A stretch of DNA of 64,000 nt. Origin: Sphingomonas sp. Lineage in GTDB: Bacteria; Pseudomonadota; Alphaproteobacteria; Sphingomonadales; Sphingomonadaceae. A program made the translations under genes and the position numbers. The DNA lies in the NCBI RefSeq assembly GCF_003248515.1, contig NZ_QFOB01000002.1:417064-481063 (forward strand), in the 5' to 3' direction. Below are positions 1 to 10,100 of this stretch, one piece after another; position 1 is the stretch's first letter; each line of letters starts with the position of its first letter. The notes beneath the pieces are model-generated. The model ran no database searches. It was not told the origin of the DNA and worked only from the letters and a program-made list of their open reading frames with translations.

Positions 1-1
1 G

Positions 2-322
2 GACAATTCGAAGATCCAGACGAACGTCGCCATCTTCTACCAGGATCAGCATCTGCAGGCGCGCATCGCCTGGAACTATCGTTCCAAGCGCGCTGTGCAG
101 CAGGATTTCGGCGGAATAAGCGGGCTGGAACTGTATCAGCGCCCGACCAATTATTTCGATGCCTCGGTAAGCTATGACATCAATTCGCACTTCACCGTCT
201 ATGCGCAGGGATCGAACCTGACCGGAGAATATGAGAAATATTATCTCACCTTCCCGGATCAGCATGCGTACAACAACATCTACGAGCGTCGTTTCACCGG
301 CGGGATGCGCGTGAAATTCTGA
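2..322 (+). CDS. TonB-dependent receptor, C-terminal fragment (5' end outside the window)
   Basis: The frame is open from position 2 (DNSKIQTNVAIFYQD...ARIAWNYRS...) and ends in beta-strand-like YFDASVSYDIN...NLTGE...RRFTGGMRVKF with the terminal Phe typical of outer-membrane barrels. Confidence 0.85.
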   Translation, partial: DNSKIQTNVAIFYQDQHLQARIAWNYRSKRAVQQDFGGISGLELYQRPTNYFDASVSYDINSHFTVYAQGSNLTGEYEKYYLTFPDQHAYNNIYERRFTGGMRVKF

Positions 323-349
323 TAGCGCGCGTGTTGGATGCGTAGCAGG

Positions 350-385
350 CGCCCGCCATCCCATGACGGGATGGCGGGCGTTCTT
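350..385 (+). terminator. Intrinsic terminator-like hairpin after the TonB receptor
   Basis: Perfect 13-bp stem CGCCCGCCATCCC / GGGATGGCGGGCG, loop ATGAC, followed by TTCTT. Confidence 0.7.
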
Positions 386-424
386 GCGTCGGGCCTGTCA
401 GCATCCGAGCGGAGAGGGAAAAAG

Positions 425-1966
425 ATGACCAAAGGGGCAGAATCCGCGCCGTCGCAGCCAGCGTCGGGGAATCGCGCGATCCGATCCATCGTGATCGTCG
501 GCGGCGGCACGGCGGGCTGGATGGCGGCGACCATGCTGGTGCGCCGTCTGGAAAAACAGCCGGTGCGTATCACGGTGGTGGAATCGAGCGAGATCAGCAC
601 CGTGGGGGTAGGGGAGGCGACCGTCCCCGGCATCCGCGATTTCTTCCGCGAGATCGGCGTGACCGAACAGGAAGTGCTGGTGGCCTCGCGCGGGACGGTG
701 AAGCTCGGCATCGAATTCGTCGACTGGAAGCAGCCGGGCGAGCGCTTCTTCCACCCCTTCGGTCTGTACGGGATGCGGTCGCGTGGCGTCGCCTTCCATC
801 AATATTGGCTGAAGATGCGGCAGGCGGGGCTGGCGATCGATCTGGAGGATTATTGCCTTGCCACCGCCATGGCGCGCGCGAACCGCTTCATGCTGCCCAC
901 CGACAGGCCCGTCCACGATCTGCTCTTCTTCGATTGGGCGGTGCATTTCGATGCGGGGCTGTTCGCGAAATTCTTGGCCGCGCGCGCGACGGCCCAGGGG
1001 GTGGGCCATGTCGACGCCCGCATCGTCAATGTCCGCCGAAATGGCGAGAGCGGGATGATCGATGGCGTGGATACGGCGTGCGGCAAATCGATCGACGGTG
1101 ATCTGTTCATCGATTGCTCCGGCTTCCGCTCCCTGCTGCTCGGCGCCGCGCTGGGCAGCCCCTATGAGGACTGGACGAACCTGCTGCCGTGCGATCGGGC
1201 CGTGGCGATGCCATGCGAACTGGCGGGGCCGCTCACGCCGTTCACGCGCAGCACCGCGCTTGCCGCCGGGTGGCAGTGGCGCATCCCGCTTCAGCATCGG
1301 GTGGGCAACGGCTATGTCTATTCCAGCCGGCACCTTTCCGATGACGAGGCAGTCCATGTCCTGCGCTCGCGGCTGGAGGGGGAGGCGCTGGCGGAACCCA
1401 ACATGATCCGCTTCCGCACGGGGCATCGCCGTGATTTCTGGCGCGGCAATTGCGTGGCGCTGGGGCTGGCGGCGGGCTTCATGGAGCCGCTGGAATCGAC
1501 GAGCATCACGCTGATCCAGACGGGCATCGAAAAGCTGCTAGCGCTCTTTCCCGATCGCGATTTCGATCCGGCACTGGCGGCCGAATATAATCGCACCACC
1601 GCGCTGGAATATGAGCGGATCCGCGATTTCCTGCTGCTGCACTACTGGGCGAACCGCCGCCGGGGAGAGCCGATGTGGGATCGGTGCCGCGATACGGCGC
1701 TGCCGGAAACGCTCGCGCGCAAGATCCGGCTGTTCAAGGCGCATGGCCATCTGGTGCGCTACGACTGGGAATCGTTCCATGATCCCAGTTGGCTTTCCAT
1801 GTATGCTGGCTTCGATATCGTGGCGGCGGGGCATGATCGGGCGGCCGATTATTTTTCCCTTCCCGATCTGGAATCGGCGCTGGCGCGGATGCGCGACGCG
1901 ATCGGCCAGTCGTTGGCCTTGGCGGAGCCGCACGATGCCTTCCTGAAGGCCTATTGCGCGGCGTAA
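425..1966 (+). CDS. Tryptophan halogenase-family flavin-dependent halogenase
   Basis: Motifs GGGTAG, GVGEAT, catalytic-Lys region TVKLGIEF, WxWxIP (WQWRIP) and GFMEPLESTSI. ATG 425 follows the GGAGAGGG RBS; the listed 338 start would run through the hairpin. Confidence 0.9.
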   Translation: MTKGAESAPSQPASGNRAIRSIVIVGGGTAGWMAATMLVRRLEKQPVRITVVESSEISTVGVGEATVPGIRDFFREIGVTEQEVLVASRGTVKLGIEFVDWKQPGERFFHPFGLYGMRSRGVAFHQYWLKMRQAGLAIDLEDYCLATAMARANRFMLPTDRPVHDLLFFDWAVHFDAGLFAKFLAARATAQGVGHVDARIVNVRRNGESGMIDGVDTACGKSIDGDLFIDCSGFRSLLLGAALGSPYEDWTNLLPCDRAVAMPCELAGPLTPFTRSTALAAGWQWRIPLQHRVGNGYVYSSRHLSDDEAVHVLRSRLEGEALAEPNMIRFRTGHRRDFWRGNCVALGLAAGFMEPLESTSITLIQTGIEKLLALFPDRDFDPALAAEYNRTTALEYERIRDFLLLHYWANRRRGEPMWDRCRDTALPETLARKIRLFKAHGHLVRYDWESFHDPSWLSMYAGFDIVAAGHDRAADYFSLPDLESALARMRDAIGQSLALAEPHDAFLKAYCAA

Positions 1967-1991
1967 TCGCGGCCGCGCGCCGCGCCCCCGA

Positions 1992-3215
1992 TCAGGAGGC
2001 GCGAAGCCGGATCATCACCACGCCGTGGGGCGCCACCGTCGCGGAATAGCGGCTCTGCATCCGCCCCAGTTCCTTGTGCTGCCACAGATCCCGCGCCGAG
2101 AGCGAAAGGCCCGCCGGATAGCCGATAGACGTCCAGTCCACGGAGATGGTGGCGGGCGCCTCGCCACGGTTGAACAGCAGGATCGCCCGGCCGCCATCGG
2201 CCAGCGGTTTCGACCAGATCTCGCTCGTTCCGCTGGTGGCGACCCTGCGACCCTGCGCGCCGAGCGGATCCTGATCCATAGCGATCACATCGCGATTGAG
2301 CAGGATGGCGGCGGTAGCGGGCGACATCGCCGCCACGTCATTGCCGGCGATCAGGGGAGCCGCCATCATCGCCCAGAGCGAGAAGTGGCTGCGATATTCG
2401 ATGTCCGTCATCCCGCCATTGCCCACTTCCAGCATGTCGGGATCATTCCAGTGGCCCGGGCCGGCGAAGGCCGCGAGTTCGGCATTGCGATCCACGATTG
2501 GCAGCAGGCCCAGGCTGTAGCCATGCTTGCCATCCCAATGATCGATGATGTCGGGCGTTGTGCGCCACAGATTGCCGATGCGGGTGGCCCACAGCCAGGG
2601 GCGGGTGGAGCCCCATTCGCAGATCGACAGCACGATCTGTCGTCCCGATGCGCGCAGCGCATCCGCCATCAGCGCATAGGCTTCTTCCGAATTGCGGGAT
2701 CCCGTCGAGCACCAGTCATATTTCAGATAATCCGCGCCCCACCGGGCATATTGCAGCGCATCCTGATATTCATGGCCCTGGCTGCCGGGGCGGCCGCCGC
2801 ACGTTTTGGCGCCCGCGTCCGAATAGATGCCGAACAAGAGCCCCTTGCTGTGGACATAATCGGCCAGCGCCTTGATCCCGGCTGGGAAGCGCGTGCGATC
2901 CTCGCTGATGAAGCCATCGGCATCGCGCGTGCCGTGCCAGCAATCATCGATCACGACATAACGATAGCCGGCATCCTTCATGCCGCTGGATACGATCGCA
3001 TCGGCGGTGGCGCGGATCGTCGCCTCGTCGATTTTGCAGGCGAACCTGTTCCAGCTGTTCCAGCCCATGGGCGGGGTCTGCGCGAGGCCGTTGGCCGTGC
3101 GCGCCGGATCGAGCGACGGCGGGATCCTGTTGAGATCGGGCTGCTCCTGCGCGAAAGCGGGGGTGCCTAGAAGGAGCAGGGCCAGCGCCGCCGCCAAGAG
3201 CCGTGCCAATTTCAT
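1992..3215 (-). CDS. Secreted alpha-galactosidase, glycoside hydrolase family 27
   Basis: TPPMGWNSWN, IDDCW, YLKYDWC (nucleophile Asp), WRTTPDI and WNDPDMLEVGN; signal peptide MKLARLLAAALALLLLGTPAFA. Confidence 0.92.
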   Translation of the reverse strand: MKLARLLAAALALLLLGTPAFAQEQPDLNRIPPSLDPARTANGLAQTPPMGWNSWNRFACKIDEATIRATADAIVSSGMKDAGYRYVVIDDCWHGTRDADGFISEDRTRFPAGIKALADYVHSKGLLFGIYSDAGAKTCGGRPGSQGHEYQDALQYARWGADYLKYDWCSTGSRNSEEAYALMADALRASGRQIVLSICEWGSTRPWLWATRIGNLWRTTPDIIDHWDGKHGYSLGLLPIVDRNAELAAFAGPGHWNDPDMLEVGNGGMTDIEYRSHFSLWAMMAAPLIAGNDVAAMSPATAAILLNRDVIAMDQDPLGAQGRRVATSGTSEIWSKPLADGGRAILLFNRGEAPATISVDWTSIGYPAGLSLSARDLWQHKELGRMQSRYSATVAPHGVVMIRLRAS

Positions 3216-3274
3216 CCGCCTCTCCCGTGATCGATCCGCTCCATCCATCGGGGAGCGTGCTCACCCATCATGCC

Positions 3275-3298
3275 AATAAATAAAGTTGATTGTCTATT
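3275..3298. promoter_or_regulatory. Candidate ROK-repressor operator (imperfect 24-bp palindrome)
   Basis: AATAAATAAAGTTGATTGTCTATT in the GH27/ROK divergent region; related sites at 4663, 10644 and 12323. Confidence 0.55.
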
Positions 3299-3403
3299 GA
3301 TGTTTTACACCATATTCGAAGCAGGGCGTGGACAGCGGTCGTCAAGCTGCGCCAAGGTGTCGTTGCGTAACGGGCTCGTGCCCGTGGCCATAGAAACTGC
3401 ATT

Positions 3404-4657
3404 GTGGGAGCAGGCGGCGTTTTGGACCTATCGGACTTCGGGCCGGCCAGTAATGGTGTGACCGCCAGCGATCGCGCGGCCCGGTTGGGGACCAGCCTCT
3501 CCGGCACCAATCTGGTGCGCGCAGGGGATTACAACCAGCGCGTCGTGCTGCAGGTGATCCGCAAGAATCCCGATATCACCCGCACCGAAATCGCGACGAT
3601 GACGGGGCTTACCGCCCCCACCATCGCCAATATCACCGCCCGCCTGTTCGACAGCGATCTCGTCATGGATGCGGGGCGCCGCGTGGGCGGCAGGGGGCAG
3701 CCGGCGGTACGGCTGCGCATCAATCCCGACGGATGCTTCGCCATCGGCCTGAATGTCGATCGCGATCATGTGACGCTCGTGTCGCTCGATCTGGCGGGCA
3801 CGGTGCGTTCGCGTCTCACGCGGCAGATCGCCTTCGCGATGCCGCATCATGTTGCGGCGATCGTTCGCGAAGGAATGGCCGAAATCCGGCAAAGCGGCGC
3901 CGTGCGTGAAGACAGGGTGCTGGGCATGGGGGTAGCGATCCCCGATGATCTGGGCAGTGTCGCGCTGCCGCACCGGCCGGCCGATTATGGTGTGTGGAGC
4001 GAGATCGATCTGGCCGCCCTGCTGGGGGAGATCGTGCCGCATTCGATCCATGTCGACAATGATGCCGCCGCCGCCGCGATCGGCGAGGCGCAGTTCGGCA
4101 GCGGGCTGGATCATGCCAGCTTCTTCTACATCCTCGTCAGCGCCGGTCTGGGCGGCGGGCTGGTGATCGACGGTGCTTATTATCGCGGCGCGAGCGCGCG
4201 CAGCGGCGAGATCGGTTTCCTGCCGCTGCATCGTAACGATCCCTATGGCCAGGTGTTGCAGGATGTCGTCTCGCTCTCCGCGCTCGCGGCGCGGCTGGAA
4301 CGGGCGGGCATTCAGTTGGATGATGTGGATCCCACGGTGGAATTTCCCGCCGCCGCCCTGCCTTATGTCAACGACTGGATCGATGATGCGACCAATGCGC
4401 TGGTGCCGCCGCTGACGGCGATCAATTGCCTGATCAATCCGGCGATCGTGCTGCTGGCCGGCCGAATGCCTGATGCGGTGCTGGATCGCATCGCCGATTC
4501 CAGCAATCGCAAGCTGCGGGAGGTCGCGCCTAATCTGCCGGCCGTGGCCCCGGTGGCGCGGGCGGCGCTGTCCCGCGATGCGCCGGCGGTGGGGGCGGCG
4601 ATCCTGCCTTTCCTCGATCGCATCCTCCCGTCCGATTCCATTCTCATCAAAAGCTAA
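3404..4657 (+). CDS. ROK-family transcriptional repressor (NagC/XylR-like)
   Basis: N-terminal HTH (ITRTEIATMTGLTAPTIANITARL, GRGQP), ROK motifs VDNDAAAAAIGE, GLGGGLVIDG and SGEIG. The start codon is uncertain. Confidence 0.88.
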   Translation: MGAGGVLDLSDFGPASNGVTASDRAARLGTSLSGTNLVRAGDYNQRVVLQVIRKNPDITRTEIATMTGLTAPTIANITARLFDSDLVMDAGRRVGGRGQPAVRLRINPDGCFAIGLNVDRDHVTLVSLDLAGTVRSRLTRQIAFAMPHHVAAIVREGMAEIRQSGAVREDRVLGMGVAIPDDLGSVALPHRPADYGVWSEIDLAALLGEIVPHSIHVDNDAAAAAIGEAQFGSGLDHASFFYILVSAGLGGGLVIDGAYYRGASARSGEIGFLPLHRNDPYGQVLQDVVSLSALAARLERAGIQLDDVDPTVEFPAAALPYVNDWIDDATNALVPPLTAINCLINPAIVLLAGRMPDAVLDRIADSSNRKLREVAPNLPAVAPVARAALSRDAPAVGAAILPFLDRILPSDSILIKS

Positions 4658-4662
4658 TTTCG

Positions 4663-4686
4663 ATTATCCAAATTGACTTTATAAAT
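4663..4686. promoter_or_regulatory. Candidate ROK operator overlapping a TTGACT -35 element
   Basis: ATTATCCAAATTGACTTTATAAAT upstream of the sugar transporter; a weaker match to the 3275 site. Confidence 0.4.
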
Positions 4687-4741
4687 TCCCGCAGCAAAGT
4701 ACGAAGCCAGTAGCCGGGCTCGTGATTCCGGCACCGGGAGA

Positions 4742-6025
4742 GTGTGGGTGCGGGAACAGGCGGATAGTGGCACAGGGCGGGCGTTCGGTTACGTCACCAT
4801 CCTGTTTTTCGTGTGGGGCGCGGTTACCTCCATCAATGATGTGATGGTTCCGGCGGTGCGCTCGATCTTCTCGCTGAGCGTCACAGAGGGGCTGCTCACC
4901 CAATTCGCCTTCTTTCTGGCCTATGGCATCGTCTCCCTGCCGGCGGCGGCGCTCGTCGGGCGGCTCGGCGCGTCGCGGTCGATCACGCTCGCGCTCTTCA
5001 CGATGGTCGCGGGCTGCCTGCTCATGCCCGTCGCCACGGCGGTCCGCGCTTACTGGATCGTCCTGCTCGCGCTGTTCGTGATCGCCTCGGGCATCACGCT
5101 GCTGCAGGTGGCGGCGAACCCGCTGTCCGCCGCGCTCGGCAGATCGGAACGATCGCATTTCCGCCTCGCGCTCAGCCAGGCCTTCAATTCGCTGGGCACG
5201 CTCGTCGCGCCGCCGCTCGCCGCCACTCTGCTGCTCACGGGTGGCCTGTTCGCGGGCGGCGCGGCGACGCCCGAGGCACTGGCCCAGTCGCTGCGGCGGA
5301 TCGACATCGCCTATGCGGCGATCGCCATCGTCATCATCCTGCTCGCCGGCTTCCTGTGGCGCCAGCGCGGAACAATCGATCGGGCGGGCCGTGCGGGTGC
5401 GACAGAAGCGGGGCAGGGCACGATCCGCGATGCGCTGCGCTCGCCGTTCGCACGGCTCGGCGCGATGGCGATCTTCCTCTATGTGGGCGCGGAAGTCTCG
5501 ATCGGATCGGTCCTCGTCAATTTCCTGGAGCAGCCGGCGATTGCCGGCGTGACGGCCGAGCGCGCCGGCCAGATGCTCGCTTTCTATTGGGGGGGCGCGA
5601 TGCTGGGGCGCTTCGCCGGCAGCGCGCTGCTGACGCGGATGCGCGCCGATCGCCTGCTTGCGCTGGCGGCGCTGGCGGCGGCCATTCTGTGCGGCATCGT
5701 CATCGCCGCGGCAGGCACGCCGGCGGCGATCGCCGCGCTTGCCATCGGCCTGTTCAATTCGATCATGTTTCCGACCATCTTCACCATCACGCTCGATCGA
5801 TCGAGCGCGCCGCCCGCGGCCACGGCGGGCATGCTGTGCGTGGCGATCGTCGGCGGTGCCGTCGTGCCGCTGCTGTTCGGTGCGGTATCGCGGATGGCGG
5901 GATTGTCGGGCGCGTTCGTCGTCCCGGCGATATGCTATGCTGCCATCGCCCTTTTCGCCGTCGCCGTCGGGCTCGCGCCTGTCGCGATTTCGCCCGGTCG
6001 TTCGCGGCTTTCGGCCAGCCACTAG
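4742..6025 (+). CDS. gluP: MFS glucose/galactose/fucose-type sugar:H+ symporter (GluP/FucP family)
   Basis: LFFVWG, QFAFFLAYG, ASGITLLQVAANP, QAFNSLG, IFLYVGAEVSIGS and FNSIMFPTIF, with about 12 hydrophobic segments. Confidence 0.85.
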   Translation: MWVREQADSGTGRAFGYVTILFFVWGAVTSINDVMVPAVRSIFSLSVTEGLLTQFAFFLAYGIVSLPAAALVGRLGASRSITLALFTMVAGCLLMPVATAVRAYWIVLLALFVIASGITLLQVAANPLSAALGRSERSHFRLALSQAFNSLGTLVAPPLAATLLLTGGLFAGGAATPEALAQSLRRIDIAYAAIAIVIILLAGFLWRQRGTIDRAGRAGATEAGQGTIRDALRSPFARLGAMAIFLYVGAEVSIGSVLVNFLEQPAIAGVTAERAGQMLAFYWGGAMLGRFAGSALLTRMRADRLLALAALAAAILCGIVIAAAGTPAAIAALAIGLFNSIMFPTIFTITLDRSSAPPAATAGMLCVAIVGGAVVPLLFGAVSRMAGLSGAFVVPAICYAAIALFAVAVGLAPVAISPGRSRLSASH

Positions 6026-6036
6026 AAGGGGCGCTT

Positions 6037-6933
6037 GTGATTCAGATCGGTATCGATTTCGGTGGAACCAAGATCGAGGCGGCGGCGCTGGACAATGCCG
6101 GCCGCTATCTCGCCCGGATGCGCGTGCCGAATCCGGGCAGCTATGATGCCGCGATCCGCGATGTGTGCGCGCTGATCGGCGCCGCCGAGCAGGAAGCGGG
6201 GGCGGCCGGCACGATCGGCATCGGCACACCGGGCTCGGCCAGCCCGCGCACCGGTCTGATGCGCAACGCCAATTCCACCTACATTAACGGCCGGAGCTTC
6301 CGCCAGGATCTGGAAGTCGCGCTGGGCCGCGACGTGCGTATGGCGAACGATGCCAATTGTCTGGCGCTTTCGGAGGTGGTGGATGGCGCTGCGGCGGGCG
6401 CGCGCACCGTCTTCGCCGTCATCATCGGTACGGGCGTCGGCGGGGGGCTGGTGGTCGACGGCCAGATTATCGGCGGCGCGAACGGGATTGGCGGCGAATG
6501 GGGCCATGTTCCCCTGCCGTGGATGACGGCCGAGGAATATCCGGGGCCGTCCTGCTGGTGCGGCCATTCAGGCTGCCTGGACATGCTGATATCGGGCACG
6601 GGCCTGCGCAAGGATTATGCCGCGCGCACCGGCCACACGCTGGATGGCGAGGCCATCGTTCAGGCCGCGCGGCGCGGAGACGCCACCGCCGTCACAGTGC
6701 TGGATGCCTATATCAGCCGATTGGGTCGCGCGCTGGCGATGGTCGTCAACATCGTCGATCCCGATGTCTTCGTGCTTGGCGGTGGCATGTCCAATGTCGA
6801 GGAGATCTATCCGTGCCTTCCCGATATCATCCGCGCGCACAGCTTTGGGCGGGCATGGGACGGGCGCATCGTTCCCGCCAAGTGGGGCGATTCCTCGGGC
6901 GTGCGCGGCGCGGCGCGGCTCTGGGGAAACTGA
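6037..6933 (+). CDS. mak: ROK-family sugar kinase (manno/fructokinase-like)
   Basis: IGIDFGGTKIE, NDANCLALSE, GTGVGGG, GEWGH and the Zn motif CWCGHSGC; GTG start just after the transporter stop. Confidence 0.85.
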   Translation: MIQIGIDFGGTKIEAAALDNAGRYLARMRVPNPGSYDAAIRDVCALIGAAEQEAGAAGTIGIGTPGSASPRTGLMRNANSTYINGRSFRQDLEVALGRDVRMANDANCLALSEVVDGAAAGARTVFAVIIGTGVGGGLVVDGQIIGGANGIGGEWGHVPLPWMTAEEYPGPSCWCGHSGCLDMLISGTGLRKDYAARTGHTLDGEAIVQAARRGDATAVTVLDAYISRLGRALAMVVNIVDPDVFVLGGGMSNVEEIYPCLPDIIRAHSFGRAWDGRIVPAKWGDSSGVRGAARLWGN

Positions 6934-7056
6934 TCCCGCTCGCGATCCTGTAAAACGGGCCAGCACCGGGCGGGGCGGCTTGGGGCTGGCCGAGCGTCAG
7001 GATGAGACGGCGGGAAGCCTGCCGCATTTCGCCGAGCCCTCCTGAACCCCGGCGCT

Positions 7057-7089
7057 GCCAAGTCCGCGCCAAGTCCGCGCCAAGTCCGC
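7057..7089 (+). repeat. Tandem repeat, 3 x 11 bp GCCAAGTCCGC
   Basis: Three exact consecutive copies in the convergent gap between the kinase and GH2. Confidence 0.9.
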
Positions 7090-7167
7090 GAATGAAACCG
7101 GTCCCGGCGAGCGGACGCCGATCGGGATCGACAATCCGCTCGCCCGCACGGGCCGCACGGTGCTCCG

Positions 7168-10100
7168 TTAATTCAATCTCTTGCTCGTGCCCGTCACGTT
7201 CCAGCCGCGCAGCGTCACGGATGGGGTGGCCGCCTTTGCGGTCGGGTAACGGATCTCCACGGTACGCGTCTCGCCGGGCAGCAACGAGACATAATTGTCG
7301 GTGAAGTAAGCGGGCAGGATCTGTGTGCCGTCCGCGTTCATCACCGTCAGCTTGGCCTCAATGGCGGGGGTGGCGCTGTCGTTGATGAGCGTGACGGTCG
7401 ATACCGTTTCGTCGCCTTCGATCCTGCTGACGGCGCTGGAAGCCAGGGTGACCGGCGCGAGGCTATTGAGCGCGCGGAACTGCGCATCATTGCCCGCCTG
7501 CCAGTAGAAGTTGGTCGACAGCAGCGTGCCGGCGGCGTCGGCCGCCTCGAGGCGGACGAGGGCGACGCCGCTGGCCAGGATAGGCGCGAGATCCAGGGTG
7601 AAGGCGGGGCTGGCGGCTTCGCCTTTGGCGGTGATCGAAACCTCCTTTTCCGCCAGCAGGCGATTGTCGAGGCTGACCACCTTGGCCCGCACCCGGACGC
7701 CGCTCAGATCGCCGCTCCGGTTATTGACCAGGATGACTTTATAATCAGGCAGGTTCATCTGCACGTGCAGGGGCTCGGACGCTTTCTTGACCCCGTAGAA
7801 GGATGCCTGCGTGTCATAGTCTGACGAGAAGATCTGCCATGTCGATGAGGGCCAAGCGGGCTGCGTCATCCACAGCATCCGGCCGCTGTTCACCGTCCAC
7901 AGGCCGGCATTCATGCCCTCGAAGATGGCGCGGTAGGATTCATATTGCATCATCTGCGCCTTGCGCTCGAAATCCTCGAGGCTGGTGCCCGGGCCGAAGC
8001 GCGCTGCCAGCGCGTTCATGTAGGAGGTGACGGCGCCATTCCCGGTCTGGTGCCAGTCATGATAGGCCCATGTGTCGCTGATCGGCCAGCGATCGGGCGC
8101 CGGGATCGCGCGCTTCCACGCCTCCAGCGTGGGCAGGGAAGGCGTTCCGCTCTCCACCGAGAATCCGCGCGCATGCTCGGTGAAATATTCCACCGGCGGG
8201 CGCCAATTATAGGGGCCGCTATTCTGCAGGTTCACCCGGTTCGAGGATCCCATGTAGAGCCGCGTGCCATCCTGTTCGTGGATCAGCGCCTGCAGCCCTT
8301 CATTGAGGATCGGCTGCGGTACGCCTTCGTTGCGGCCGAACCAGACGACGATGGAGGGATGGTTGCGATAGCGTTTGACGACATCCGCCGCATTTTTGAG
8401 GAACAGCTCCGGATCCTGCGCCTCGACATTATAGTCCTGCGTCGATTCCCAGAAATCGTTGAGCACCATCAGGCCATATTCGTCGGCCAGATCATAGAAG
8501 GCGTCTTCCGTATTCTGGCCGACCCAGTTGCGGATGATGTTGAGATGGGCATCCTGATGCAGGCGGAAAAACGGCTCGAGGCGCGCGCGATCGACGCGCT
8601 TCATGAAATCGTCCATCCCGATATTGCCGCCGCGCGCCGCGATGCGCACGCCGTTCACGCGGATGACGAGATGGGGCGACAGCCCATCCTCTCCCGCGAT
8701 GCGATGCACGGCCGCGGAGTTTTCCGCGCCGGGCAGCAGGGAGGCTGCCCAGCCGCCCGTCACCTTGCGGATGCCTTCATGGCTGCCGTCGACGATCTGC
8801 TGACCGAGCGCGCGCGCCTTCGTAAGATCGACGCCGACGCGCTCCAGCTCGCCCTTCTGATCCATCAGCGAGATATCGTAGGTCACCTGCCGCATGCCGA
8901 AGCGCAACTGCCGGGTGTCGCTGGTCTGGCCCGCGATGCTTGCGGTCAGCGTCAGCGTGTGGAGCGCGGGATCGCCATAGCCGTTCGGCCACCATAATTT
9001 GGGATTGCGCACGGCCAGCTGCGCGAATTCGGCGGGACGGAAGACGGCCTGGTTCGTCTGGCCCGGGGCCAGCGTCACCTGCTTTTCCACCGTCACGTCG
9101 TCGAACGACGCGCGCACCGTGGCGGTGACGGGCGCATCGGACATGTTGGTGACGGGCGCGGTGATCTCGATCTCCGCGATACTGTTGTCTGCCCTGGGCA
9201 GCGATGTCACCACCTGCGGATCGCCCAGCGTCGCATCGCCGTTCGCACTGAGGGTGACGCCCTGCCACAGGCCGGTATTGCGATCGCGGATGCTGGGGAT
9301 CCAGTCCCATCCTTCCGTCGCGCCGAAGGTTGGCCCGTCCAGCATCATGGCGCCGCCATTTTCGCCGACGCCGGCCGTCAGCGATTCCTCATGCGCCACG
9401 CCGGGATGGGGCGGGGGCGACACTTTCACGGCGATGGCGTTGCGGCCGGGCACCAGCTTGTCGGTCACGTCGAAGCGACCCCGGATGAAGGCGCCCTTCA
9501 TCGTGCCGATCCTCTGGCCGTTCACCCAGATTTCGGCCGCATAGTTGATGCCGTTGAAGGTCAGGAACTGGCGCTTGCCCGCGGCTTCCGCCGGCGCATC
9601 GAATTCGCTCCGATACCAGTAATCCTGCCGCGCCAGCCCTTCCGGAATGGCGAGATTGTTCAGGCCATGCGCCGGATCGGGATAGACGCCGCGATCGACC
9701 AGGGTGGTCAGCACCGTGCCCGGCACGGTCGCCTCATACCAGGTGCGGGCATCAAAGCCGGGCCGGCTGAGCGATGCGCCGGGCGCGCTCACGCGTGGGG
9801 CTTCGGCCAGGCGCCAGCGTGCCACGTCCCACGTGCCGGGGCCGGTCGCGACGATGGCGGGGCCGGCGGGTTCGGGGCGGGCGACGGGCGCTCCGAACGG
9901 GGTCTTCGATGCGGGCCGCGTCGCGGCGTCCTGCGGCGTGATCTGGCCGTACATCTGCTGGATCTGGCCCGGCCAGCGGGGGCTGCCCTGCTTGAAGGCG
10001 ATCAGCGCGGGATCGGGCGTGCGGGAGGCAGCGGCCTTGATCGCGCGCGCGTCTGCCGCGCCCGCATCGAGGGTGAAGGCGGCTACCCGGCCCGCAAAGA

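Noticed and set aside
7057..7089. Possible mini-CRISPR array
   Set aside because: The units are 11 bp with no spacers, and there are no cas genes.
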